This document shows, in pieces, positions 1 to 9,262 of a stretch of 64,000 nucleotides of DNA. The translations under genes and the position numbers were made by a program. Position 1 is the first letter of the stretch. Each line of letters opens with the position of its first letter. The notes below the pieces were generated by a model, which saw only the letters and a list, made by a program, of their open reading frames with translations, ran no database searches and had not been told where the DNA came from. The DNA comes from an uncultured bacterium. Its GTDB lineage: Bacteria; Verrucomicrobiota; Verrucomicrobiia; Limisphaerales; UBA8199. Location of the stretch: contig CAVVMW010000014.1 of the NCBI GenBank assembly GCA_963749495.1, positions 32,001 through 96,000 of the forward strand, given 5' to 3'.

Positions 1-612
1 GGCCTTGAAGCGAGTCACCAGTTCCTTGAGGTCCACCACGTTGAGCTTGGGGTCCTCGATGTCCTGGTGATACCGCTCCTGCTTCAGGCCGTCAATGACC
101 ACTTCGAAGGGCTCGTGGTCCTCGCTGGCGCGCTTTTGCACCCCCATCACCACGTCGCCGTACATCTGGATGAAGCGCCGGTAACAATCCCAGGCAAACC
201 GCTCGTTCTTGGTCGCCTCGACCAGGGCCAGCACAGTCTTGTCGTTGAGGCCCAGGTTGAGGATGGTGTCCATCATGCCCGGCATCGATTCGCGGGCGCC
301 GGAGCGGACCGAGACCAGCAGCGGCATGGCTGCCGTGTCCCCGAACCGCGTGCCGATGATCTTCTCGATGAAGGCCACGCCGTTCACGACCGCCGGCTCC
401 AGGTCCTTGGGATAGGTCCTCTTGTTGTTGTAGTAGCAAGTGCAGACCTCGGTGGTGATCGTGAATCCCGGCGGCACCGGCAGCCCGATGCGGCTCATCT
501 CGGCCAGGTTCGCCCCCTTGCCCCCCAGCAACGGTTTCATGCCCCCGTTGCCGTCGGCCTTCTTGTTTCCAAACAGATAGACGTGCTTCGTGCTCTTCGC
601 TTTCGTTGCCAT
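1..612 (-). CDS. ppdK: Pyruvate, phosphate dikinase, N-terminal part (runs off the window start)
   Basis: Manual translation from ATG at 612: [57 protein letters not shown]...[28 protein letters not shown], the characteristic PPDK motifs. Missing from the ORF track because it is truncated. Confidence 0.96.
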   Translation of the reverse strand, partial: MATKAKSTKHVYLFGNKKADGNGGMKPLLGGKGANLAEMSRIGLPVPPGFTITTEVCTCYYNNKRTYPKDLEPAVVNGVAFIEKIIGTRFGDTAAMPLLVSVRSGARESMPGMMDTILNLGLNDKTVLALVEATKNERFAWDCYRRFIQMYGDVVMGVQKRASEDHEPFEVVIDGLKQERYHQDIEDPKLNVVDLKELVTRFKA

Positions 613-789
613 ATCAATAATATTTCATTAAATCAGGTTTCGCCGGATATCAGGTCCTCAGAAACAGTCCGCCGAATCTATCAAACGCCGCCCCGCTGTC
701 AACGAGCGAGTGAAAGAGACGGCGCCTTCGTCCTGCCAGTCGGGCCGAAAGGAGTTGCGGCCACCGGGCGTTGGAGTTACGCTCTGGCC

Positions 790-1014
790 GTGGTCAACCT
801 TGAAGAGACGATCGGCAAAATGGTGGGGAAAAACCCGCGTCGCACGCCCGCGGAGTTTATGGACCGCATGGCCCGGCAGCTCCAGAGCCTGAATCTGACG
901 CTGCCTTATCCCAAAGGCGTGTATCGCTTCAAGACGTTCGAGGAAGCCGACGCATGGGCGCAGAAACACCGGATCGCGGCGGCGGTCAAGCGCCTCCACG
1001 ACCACCAACACTGA
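790..1014 (+). CDS. Small hypothetical protein, probable partner of the downstream nucleotidyltransferase
   Basis: GTG at 790, in frame with the tail of ORF 67..1014. C-terminal PKGVYRFKTFEEADAW; overlaps the next gene. Confidence 0.6.
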   Translation: MVNLEETIGKMVGKNPRRTPAEFMDRMARQLQSLNLTLPYPKGVYRFKTFEEADAWAQKHRIAAAVKRLHDHQH

Positions 1015-1556
1015 AGGACTTGGCGCTGCTTTGCGCCGAACTCAACCGCCTGGGCGCCCGCTATGTAGTCGTTGGCGGGCTGGCGATGATCCAGGCTGGT
1101 CTTTTCCGCACTACGGAGGACATCGATCTGCTCGTCGAGGCTACCCTGGAAAACGAGGCGCGCGTCCTGCAGGCCCTGCTCATCCTCCCGGACAAGGCCG
1201 CTCGGGAACTCAAGCCGGGGGAAGTGGCCCAATACGGCGTGGTGCGCGTGGGCGATGAGGTCCTGGTGGACCTGATGGCCAGCGGCTGCGGTGTGACTTA
1301 CGATGACGCCATTAAGGACGCCTTGGTCCTCGACGTTGAGGGCGCCCGGATACCGTTTGCCTCCCCGCGCACGCTCTGGCGGATGAAACAGACCGTCCGC
1401 GCTAAGGACATCCCGGACCGCCTTTATCTTCGGGAGTTGCTCCAGGCCCAAGGTGTCCAGGTCGAGCCGACCACCCTGCCGGCAGGCGAGAATCTCTGGA
1501 CGACCTGGTGGCGCCGGATCAAGGCATTTCGAGCCAGGCTCCGGCGGCGCTCGTGA
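954..1556 (+). CDS. Nucleotidyltransferase-superfamily protein (DUF6036-like)
   Basis: YVVVGGLAM...RTTEDIDLLV (GG...DxD), a third Asp in VLVDLM, and MKQTVRAKDIPD. Confidence 0.8.
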   Translation: MGAETPDRGGGQAPPRPPTLKDLALLCAELNRLGARYVVVGGLAMIQAGLFRTTEDIDLLVEATLENEARVLQALLILPDKAARELKPGEVAQYGVVRVGDEVLVDLMASGCGVTYDDAIKDALVLDVEGARIPFASPRTLWRMKQTVRAKDIPDRLYLRELLQAQGVQVEPTTLPAGENLWTTWWRRIKAFRARLRRRS

Positions 1557-1654
1557 GCACCGGATGCTGCCCCCGCCGCAACGGGCGCAGCTGGCCTGTA
1601 CCACCACAGGCACAGCAGTTGGAGACGCAACCCAAGGCTGCGCGCATGCGCTGC

Positions 1655-1880
1655 AACCCGGAGGGTTGCTAGAGGGTAACCGGGGGTCGCGACGCCGTCG
1701 CGACCCCCGGTTGACAATCTGAAGGGTCCTGCACCCCGGAACGGGGTGCCAGAAGACCGCGCGGCGTGCGGTGCGCCCGTTTCTGGCATCCCTCCGGGAT
1801 GCAGGTGCATCCCTGCGCCAGACCGGGGGTCTCGCTTCGCTTCCACCCCCGGCTACCATCTTCCATCCCTCCGGGATGAA
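1655..1880. repeat. Composite REP-like palindromic element (family A)
   Basis: ccgggggtc..gacccccgg hairpins and tctggcatccctccgggatg motifs; related copies at 12211-12408 and 16359-16580. Confidence 0.75.
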
Positions 1881-2021
1881 ACTGCTGGCCCAGAGCCCTG
1901 TCAGGAATTCCTATTCGTGGGGTGGTACATTGCAGATGCGCCCCGCCCCAGAGCCGCGTCGCCATTTCGGGCGTGATAAACGACATAGCCTTGAGCTATA
2001 TTAACCCCGGCACAAAAGCAC

Positions 2022-2264
2022 ATGAACGAACCCAAGATTGCCCAACGGGCGCCCTATCCCGTCAGCCTGGAAGCCGGCAAGACCTACCACTGGTGCGCCT
2101 GCGGACGAAGCAACCAGCAACCCTTTTGCGACGGTTCGCACAAAGGCACAGGTTTCAATCCGCTGAGTTACACACCTGAATCCTCTGGCCAGGCCTGGCT
2201 GTGCGGCTGCAAGCGGACGCGGAGCGCGCCCAACTGCGACGGCAGCCATTCCCGTTTGTCCTGA
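2022..2264 (+). CDS. CDGSH iron-sulfur protein with two CDGSH motifs
   Basis: WCACGRSNQQPFCDGSH and LCGCKRTRSAPNCDGSH. Confidence 0.95.
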   Translation: MNEPKIAQRAPYPVSLEAGKTYHWCACGRSNQQPFCDGSHKGTGFNPLSYTPESSGQAWLCGCKRTRSAPNCDGSHSRLS

Positions 2265-2349
2265 TGGACTTGAGCCGGGAGCAATTGCGGCAACAGGCCG
2301 CCGCGCCAGCATGCTGAAAGGCTAAAGTGCAGAAGGCTGAATCTGGCCT

Positions 2350-3904
2350 TTAGCCTTTAGCCTTTCCCAGACACTCCCTGCACAGTCCCGCGAGCCACCC
2401 GGGGTCGGCAGGGCAGACGGAACGGCTTTCGCCCGGATGGCGCCTGGCCGGGTCAGGGCAGGTCTTCTTGAGGGCGGCGACGATCTCGTGCTTCTCGTAA
2501 CAGCAGTGCTCCCAGCACAGGGCCATCCCCCAGCCGGCGCATTGCGGGCAGAGTTTGTTCTGGCACTTGGCGCACTGCTTGAGCGGCGTGCCCGGGCCCA
2601 ATGTGTGTCCTGCCGAACACCCCTCCGGCGAGTAGTGGTCGGCGCACAGGCGCAACGCGTAACCTGGGTCGCGCGGCGAGACGGTCTTGCCGCAGGGCGC
2701 ATCGCCGACAATGGCCTCGCAAACCGGCGCATGGACTTCCGCCACCCTCTGACCGCTGCCGGACACCAGCGCCACAGAGGGATCGCCATAGAGCGTCAGG
2801 GCCAGCCCCAGAACCGTGCCGCCGTCGGCCGCGGCCCGAGCGTCCTGGCGCAATGAGACCCGCGCCTGGCGCAGGGCCTCGCCGATGGTGTGGCCGGCGG
2901 CCAGCGCGCCGTAGAACGTTCGGGAAGAGACCGATCGTCTTGAGCGCCGGGACCTCGACCAACGTCCCGATGTAATGAGCCACGCCGATACGCTTGGCGG
3001 CATCGACGATGCCGAAGACCCGCCCGCCTTCGGGCCAGTCCTGTTCCCAGCCGCGAGTGATGGCCGATTCGCAGCAGAGGGAAAAGACCAGCAGCGGCGG
3101 GGCCTGCCCGGCGGCGAAGCCCTCGAGCAATTGCTGCGCCGTGACCGTGCATCGCGTGGAGAGCGCGTAGCCGCTCTGCGCCGGCTCCGCCTCGCAATAA
3201 GAGTAGTGGGAATAGACGTTGACGATTTCCCGGGTTTGAAAGGCCTCGAGGGCCTCCTGGACGCTGAACTTCCCGTCGAGATTCAGGGTGTCGAATCGGA
3301 TCGTCCCCAGCCTGCCCAACTGGGTCCAGCGCGCGAAAAAGTCCATCGCCTGCCCGAGGACCTCCGAGCGTTGCGCGTCATTGAGTCCGGGTGGAGGAAC
3401 CAGGAGGAACCGCCCGGTGAACGGAAGGCCGGCCCGCCCCTTGAGGCGCTGCAAAGCCGCCGGGTCCGAGGAGAGCAATTCCCTTCCCACCGCGAAGCGA
3501 AAGCCCAAAAAGTCGCCGTCCAGCCACATCCAGTCGAACGGAATGCCGTTGAGCCGAGGATCGAAACTGAAGATCAAATGGCTGAGCCTGGCGCCGTTTC
3601 GCAACAGGTCGAGGATCTCTGCGGGAACCAGCAGCTCGAGGAGCTGGCAGCCCAGCCGCTGCAAGTCGCCATAAAAACCCGCCGCCGAGCGCAGGTCCAC
3701 CTCCGGCCCCATGGCCTCTACCGCGCTGCGAACGCGCGCAAACAAAGCGTCGGCAACCTCCAGCGCCTGGGCCAACGCGCAGAGGCGCGGCTGCGCCTTG
3801 CGGAAAAAAAGCCGCCCGTCGTTGAGCCGCAGAATCGGAACCAGCCCGATTCGCTCAACGCCCTCGTGCTGCTCGATCGAGTAATGGAGAACCAAAGTGT
3901 TCAT
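2350..3904 (-). CDS. CHAT (caspase-like) domain protein with a Cys/His-rich C-terminal region; frameshift near 2920
   Basis: Join of ORFs 2453..3967 (ATG at 3904) and 2350..3003: LNGIPFDWM, FAVGR, putative catalytic VYSH and FSLCCES, FYGALAAGHTIGEALRQAR...LYGDP, then many CxxC/CxxH pairs. Confidence 0.8.
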
Positions 3905-4650
3905 GCCAGCCCGATGCGGATTGCCTCCGAACCGGGCACCTCGATCTCCAGCAGCCCCGCCGGGCATCGTTGGAACTGGGCCACACCGCGCTCGATGGGA
4001 GCGATGGCAACCGGGACTCGCGTGACCCGCCCGCCTTGGCCGCTAATCCGCGATAGCCTGGCAGTCCCGGCGCCGACGCCGCCCGGCGCTGCGACCAGGA
4101 TGTCAATCCTCTGCTGGCTAACCATCACCAGCGTTATCCGGGTGCCGCACGGGGCCTCGAGCTCCTGGCGGCGCAGCCCGTTCTGTGGGCCGGCGGCCGT
4201 CTCCATCGGGTTGCCGGCCTTGAGATTGAGCGGCCGCCCGGCGGCCGCCGAGACGCTCCAGCCGCTGCGCTGCGCGGCGGCGTGGAGGCCGCCGCGCAGA
4301 CACACCACGATAGCGGCCAGCCCGGCCTCCAACTCTGCCCGGCATTGTTCGAGACCTTCGAAGAGCCTGCGCCTGGCAGATGCCATGGCCTGGCCAACCT
4401 GCAAATCGGCCCGGCCCGCCGCCTGGCGTCTGGCGCCCGCCATCGAGGGGCTCGCCCGGGCCGCCACGGCGTCAAAGCACCGCCGCGCCTCCTCCAGGGG
4501 TGCCCGGGCCTGCGGATGGTCCGCAATATAGGATGCCAGTGCGGCCTCTTCGCCCGGTTCCAGCAGGCCGGCCGCGCTGGCCCACAGCCACCGCTCCAGC
4601 TCAGCCGGTGTTAAATCGGCGCGCCCGAGTCCTTTCATGTCTTCAGCCAT
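3901..4650 (-). CDS. Putative anti-sigma-factor-like protein
   Basis: N-terminal LWASAAGLLEPGEEAALASYIADHPQARAPLEEAR resembles an anti-sigma helical domain (Cys-less zf-HC2-like). Lies between the sigma-like and CHAT genes, with an ATGA overlap to the CHAT gene. Confidence 0.5.
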   Translation of the reverse strand: MAEDMKGLGRADLTPAELERWLWASAAGLLEPGEEAALASYIADHPQARAPLEEARRCFDAVAARASPSMAGARRQAAGRADLQVGQAMASARRRLFEGLEQCRAELEAGLAAIVVCLRGGLHAAAQRSGWSVSAAAGRPLNLKAGNPMETAAGPQNGLRRQELEAPCGTRITLVMVSQQRIDILVAAPGGVGAGTARLSRISGQGGRVTRVPVAIAPIERGVAQFQRCPAGLLEIEVPGSEAIRIGLA

Positions 4651-4693
4651 AGTCTGCTCCCGTCTTATCTCATTTACCTGAAACCAGGATTAT

Positions 4694-6089
4694 CTATTCA
4701 CTGTCGGGCTGGGCGAAATCGGCGGCTGCCTCGCCGGGGAACCGGCGCAGCTCACGCCTCAGCTCGGCCAACTCGCGGCCGATGGTCCCCTGCGGCGTCC
4801 CAAGGAGTTGGGCCAGTTCTCGCTGCGACCTGACCCATGGCTTGCGGCAATGCTGGTAGGCCCCAATCCGCCAAAGCCATTGCTCGTAGGATTTCTGCGC
4901 CTCTGCGCGCCGCTTCCACGCCAGCATGAACTCCACCTGGCAAACCCACAGCTCTTCCTTGTCCGGATCCGATGCCTGGATTTCCTCCTCCAGCTCGCCG
5001 ATGAGGGATTTCCGCGCGATCAGTTCCAGCTCGACCAGCGCGTCGGGGGTGAGTCCGAACCGGCGCCGCAGCTCCTCGGCCTTGGCGGGCACGCGCGCCG
5101 CCGCCAGCCTCAACCTGGCGCCCGCCTCCAGGAACCGTTCCTGGACAGCCATGAGTTGCCCTTGCGCCTCGAGGTATGCCTTGCGCAACGCAGCCCTGCC
5201 CCCTGACACCAGCGCCATGAACCCGGCCGGAATGACCTCGGGCTCCACATAGGCCTTGTAGATCAAGTAGAGCAGCAGTTGTTTGCGGCCGCTGACGCCC
5301 CGGGCCTCGAGCCACGCGAACAGGTCCTTGAGCCGCCCTCTGGCCCGGGCGAGGCGCTCTCCGGTCTCTTCTGCGGAAAGGGCGGCATGGAACGGCGACA
5401 CGGCGTTCGCATCCTCCAGCACCTCGGCCAGCGACAGACTCGGGGGCGCTCCCCTGCCCTTGACCGAAATCGTCCCCGGCCAGCGGGACCTTGGGCGGTT
5501 CCTCGCGCGCGTGCTGCGCGACGCGGTCCTGCGCCAGCCAGAAGGCCTTGCGCAGCAGATACCGTTCGAAGGTCATCCCCCGCGCCGGCCGGTACGAGCC
5601 AGCCAGGCTCCCAAATTCCTCCTCCGAGAACAGCCGGGCCTGCACGTCATCCTTAAGCTGGTCCAACGCCGCATCCCCGGGCCCGGACATCCCGCGCCCC
5701 TCCAGGGACACCTCGATGTAAAGCCGTATCGAGCGCGCCGTCTGGCGCCGGAACTCCTCGCGGATGGCCGCGCGCCTGTGCCGGCCCGCGCGGCTGTGGC
5801 GGTATTCGGCCACCAACTCACAGTCCAGCACGTAGGACCGCCCCGGCACCGACTCGGCGAGCGCCGCCGCCCGGTCCTCCGCAGCGCCACCGGCCCCGTC
5901 CCCCGCACCGCCATCCTCCAACGACAACTCGCCCCGCCCGAGCTGTATCAGGGCCAATTCTGCCACCTCCCCCGGTTCCGCAAAACGCAGGCGCTGCGCC
6001 AGGACAGACGGCAGCCGCGCGCGGAGCGCGTCCAAAAGATGGTGCTGAACTCTCCCGCCCGGGTCTCGCGGCTCACGAGCATTGGCCAT
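4694..6089 (-). CDS. Divergent ECF/sigma-70-like factor; frameshift near 5430
   Basis: Region-2-like DQLKDDVQARLF...SYRPARGMTFERYLLRKAFWLAQD (ORF 4752..6089) and region-4 HTH SQRELAQLLGTPQGTIGRELAELRREL (ORF 4694..5422). Confidence 0.6.
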
Positions 6090-6197
6090 AGACGCGATTT
6101 ATTCCCACCCAAGCTAGTGTGGCCGGGCCCAATTGGCGATACAATTGTTCAGCAGCGCAGGCGGACAGCGGGCGCAGCCCGACGGTGCATCCGATTT

Positions 6198-6410
6198 GCC
6201 GCGTAGCGACACCTGAAGGTAGGTGGACCTCGGTCCACGGGTTGGGCTGTTGGTAGGATAGCGCGTCGCGTAGCGACGCCTGAAAGCAGGGTGCGAGCCG
6301 GCAGTCCGGAGGCATCAGGCGTCGCTACGCGAACGCCGGCCCTTGCCCACGCACCAACCCGTGGACTGGAAGTCCACGGCTACCATCGGCCACCGCTACG
6401 CGGTGACACG
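6198..6410. repeat. Composite REP-like element (family B)
   Basis: cgcgtagcgac, gtggacctcggtccac and ccgtggactggaagtccacgg palindromes; related copies at about 12095-12150 and 26975-27170. Confidence 0.7.
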
Positions 6411-6582
6411 CAACCGCCGTCTAAAAGCAGCCGTCGCTGCCGCGCCCGGGGACGGGCGCACTCCGGGAGCGGTGCCGCGAGCGCCCTAGGGACAGAGCAT
6501 CCCTTAAGTCCCTTCGGATGCCCCCGGCCTGTGAACGCCCGCACGCTTGCCGGCGTGAGGGGATCTGATAGACTGACTCATA

Positions 6583-7085
6583 ATGGAACGGACGCTGCAG
6601 GTCTTGAACGACCTCGAGAAACCGGCGTGCTCAGCCGCTATGCCATTGGCGGGGCGATGGGCGCCACGTTCTACGCGGAGCCGGTGCTGACGTTTGACCT
6701 CGACGTGTTTGTGGGTCTGCCTCGCACCCCTGGCGGTCTGTTGACTCTAGGGCCTCTTTACGATGCCTTGCGCGCGCGAGGCTACGCCGAAGAAGGCGAG
6801 TGCGTGAACATCGAGGGCCTGCCTGTCCAGTTCCTGCCTGCTTACAACGCGCTGGTGGCAGAGGGCCTGAGCGAGGCGAGAGAAACGCTTTACGAGCGGA
6901 CGCCCGCCCGGGTGCTCCGCGCCGAGCACCTGCTGGCCATCGCGCTTCAGACAGGCCGGGACAAGGACCGGGAGCGTGTCCGCTTGCTTGCGCGCCAGGC
7001 TGAACTGGATTCGAATTACCTGGCCGCGGTGCTCAGGCGCCACGGCCTTGAAGAGAAATGGAAATTGTGGAAACCGAAGCCCTAA
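6583..7085 (+). CDS. Nucleotidyltransferase-superfamily protein; frameshift near 6620
   Basis: ATG 6583 gives MERTLQVLNDLEK, then the ORF 6291 frame continues GVLSRYAIGGAMGATFYAEPVLTFDLDVFV...TGRDKDRERV. Confidence 0.75.
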
Positions 7086-7309
7086 ATTCTGAGGTGGCTC
7101 GAGTGCTGGCCGCCAAAGAGGCCCGCCGCCGGAAGCTGGCCGCGCTGCCCTTTCCAGAAAAGGTGCGCGTCGTGGTCCGCCTCCAGCAAATGGCCATCCC
7201 GATCCTCCGCGCGCGCGGACGCAACGTCCGCGCCTGGGAACTCGAAGCACCGCCAGCGAGCGCGCCGGGCGCACGACCGGTTTCTTCGACCGGCCATCCT
7301 GCCGCCTAA
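7058..7309 (+). CDS. Small helical protein, probable partner of the nucleotidyltransferase
   Basis: Overlaps the upstream gene; KEARRRKLAALPFPEKVRVVVRLQ. Confidence 0.6.
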   Translation: MEIVETEALNSEVARVLAAKEARRRKLAALPFPEKVRVVVRLQQMAIPILRARGRNVRAWELEAPPASAPGARPVSSTGHPAA

Positions 7310-7523
7310 AGGCGGCGTTCCGGTTGGCTGTGGAACGCCGCCTTCAGGCGGCAGCGAAGCATCCTCTCGTGCGCCCGCGCGCTCCAGGTTGGCAAAAGTT
7401 GTTGAACGGCGCCCGGGACGTTGTACCATAGAGCGATCTCGGGACGGATTGATTTGTCTTTGGGGAACCGGTCCAGGCCCGTCCTCGGAACTGAACGGCA
7501 CGACACTGCTCTGAACGCGAACA

Positions 7524-9098
7524 ATGAATGGTCCTATGACAACCAACAGGAGAATCAAAGTGGCCCTGGTCTATAAGCGCGACAGCCAGGCGGACCAGGA
7601 ATTGGTGGCGTACATCGAAAGCCGGCTCGGGGACAACGGCTGCACCATTTTCACCGACCGTGCCCTGACCGTGGGGATGGATTGGGCCCGCGAGATCGAG
7701 AAGGAAATCCGCTCGGCGGACGCCGTCATGCCGCTGCTCTCGGCTGATTCCATATACAGCGAGATGTTGAGCTTCGAGATCGAGACGGCCCACGAGGCGG
7801 CCCAACTGCAGCAGGGCCGGCCCCGGCTGCTGCCGGTCCGGGTCAACTACACCGGCCCGCTGCCCGAGCCGCTCTCCAGCATCCTGGACCCCATTCAATA
7901 TTTCCTGTGGGAGGGTCCGCAGGACAACCTGGGGCTGGCCACCGAACTGGCGGAGGCGCTCAAGCACCTGCCGGAGCCCGAACCGGCCGGCGCCGCCCAG
8001 CCGGCTCCAACCCGGGGCGCGCCCGCCGCCCCCGCGACACGCCCGCCAGGCAGCCCCGCCGCCACGCCCATCCGCCCGCCCGCCATCGAGGGCATCGGCG
8101 GCGCCGTGCCGCTCCACTCCCAATACTACATCGCGCGCACGGCCGATGCGGACCTGCACGCCTCCATCTCGAAGCAGGACAGCGTCATTCTGCTCAAGGG
8201 CTCGCGCCAGATGGGCAAGACCTCGCTCCTGGCCCGCGGCCTCCAGCACGCCCGCGACCAGGGCCTCAAGGCCGTCTCGACCGACCTGCAAAAATTCAAT
8301 GCCGAGAGTTTCCGCACCTTGGACCGGCTCTACCAGGCCATGGCCGAGTCGATGATCGAACAACTCGAACTGGCTGCATCCCCCGCCCAGTCGTGGGAGC
8401 CCAGGCGCGGGCCTAACGCCAACTTCGAGCGGTTCCTTCGCCGGGAAGTCCTCCTCAAGCTCCCAGCCCCCCTGGTCTGGGGCCTGGACGAGGTGGACCG
8501 TCTCTTCGTGACCCCCTTCGGCACCGATTTCTTCGGCCTGCTCCGCTCCTGGCACAATGAACGCGCCCTGGACCCGACCGGCCCCTGGTCCAAGCTCACC
8601 ATCGCCATCGCCTACGCCACCGAGGCGCGCCTGTTCATCACGGACCTCAACCAGTCGCCGTTCAACATCGGCACGCGCCTGGCGCTGGAGGATTTCACGC
8701 CCCTGCAAGTGGCCGAGGTCAATCGCCGCTATCGCTCCCCGCTCAAGTCCCAGGACGAGCTGACCCGCTTCTATCGCCTGGTCGGCGGCCACCCCTACCT
8801 GGTCCGGCGCGGCCTCCACGAAATCACCACCCGGCGCATCTCCTTCGAGTCCTTCGAAGACCACGCCGCGCGCGACGAGGCCTGTTACGGCGACCACTTG
8901 CGCCGGCTGCTGGTGCTGCTGGTCCGCGACTCGGGCCTGGCCGACGTGATGCGCGCGGTCTTGAACAACCAGCCCTGCCCCACCCCCGAGAGCTTCGACC
9001 GGCTCCGCAGCGCCGGGCTGGTCGTCGGGCGCAACCCCGAGGACGCCCGCCCGCGCTGCCGCCTCTATGCCAGTTACCTGCGCCGGCACCTGCAGTGA
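7524..9098 (+). CDS. TIR domain + AAA_35 STAND ATPase
   Basis: N-terminal TIR (VYKRDSQAD, IFTDRALTVGMDW, SEMLSFEI), Pro-rich linker, Walker A GSRQMGKTS, Walker B WGLDEVD, SPFNIG, GGHPYL. Confidence 0.9.
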   Translation: MNGPMTTNRRIKVALVYKRDSQADQELVAYIESRLGDNGCTIFTDRALTVGMDWAREIEKEIRSADAVMPLLSADSIYSEMLSFEIETAHEAAQLQQGRPRLLPVRVNYTGPLPEPLSSILDPIQYFLWEGPQDNLGLATELAEALKHLPEPEPAGAAQPAPTRGAPAAPATRPPGSPAATPIRPPAIEGIGGAVPLHSQYYIARTADADLHASISKQDSVILLKGSRQMGKTSLLARGLQHARDQGLKAVSTDLQKFNAESFRTLDRLYQAMAESMIEQLELAASPAQSWEPRRGPNANFERFLRREVLLKLPAPLVWGLDEVDRLFVTPFGTDFFGLLRSWHNERALDPTGPWSKLTIAIAYATEARLFITDLNQSPFNIGTRLALEDFTPLQVAEVNRRYRSPLKSQDELTRFYRLVGGHPYLVRRGLHEITTRRISFESFEDHAARDEACYGDHLRRLLVLLVRDSGLADVMRAVLNNQPCPTPESFDRLRSAGLVVGRNPEDARPRCRLYASYLRRHLQ

Positions 9099-9262
9099 AA
9101 TGACGAATGACGAATGGACCGAATGCGGAGTGCGGAATGCGGAGTGCGGAGTGTTGCGCTGGGAATGTTGGCTGTGGATTGCGGCGCGGGGAATGACGAA
9201 TGACGAATGACGAATGACGAATGACGACGGGGGAAACTGCAGACGCGACAAGGTCGGGCACG

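Noticed and set aside
67..789. N-terminal 240 aa of ORF 67..1014 and other long antisense ORFs (7344..9251, 18247..21450, 25454..26998, 2975..4531)
   Set aside because: Shadow frames of real genes on the opposite strand, common in high-GC DNA.
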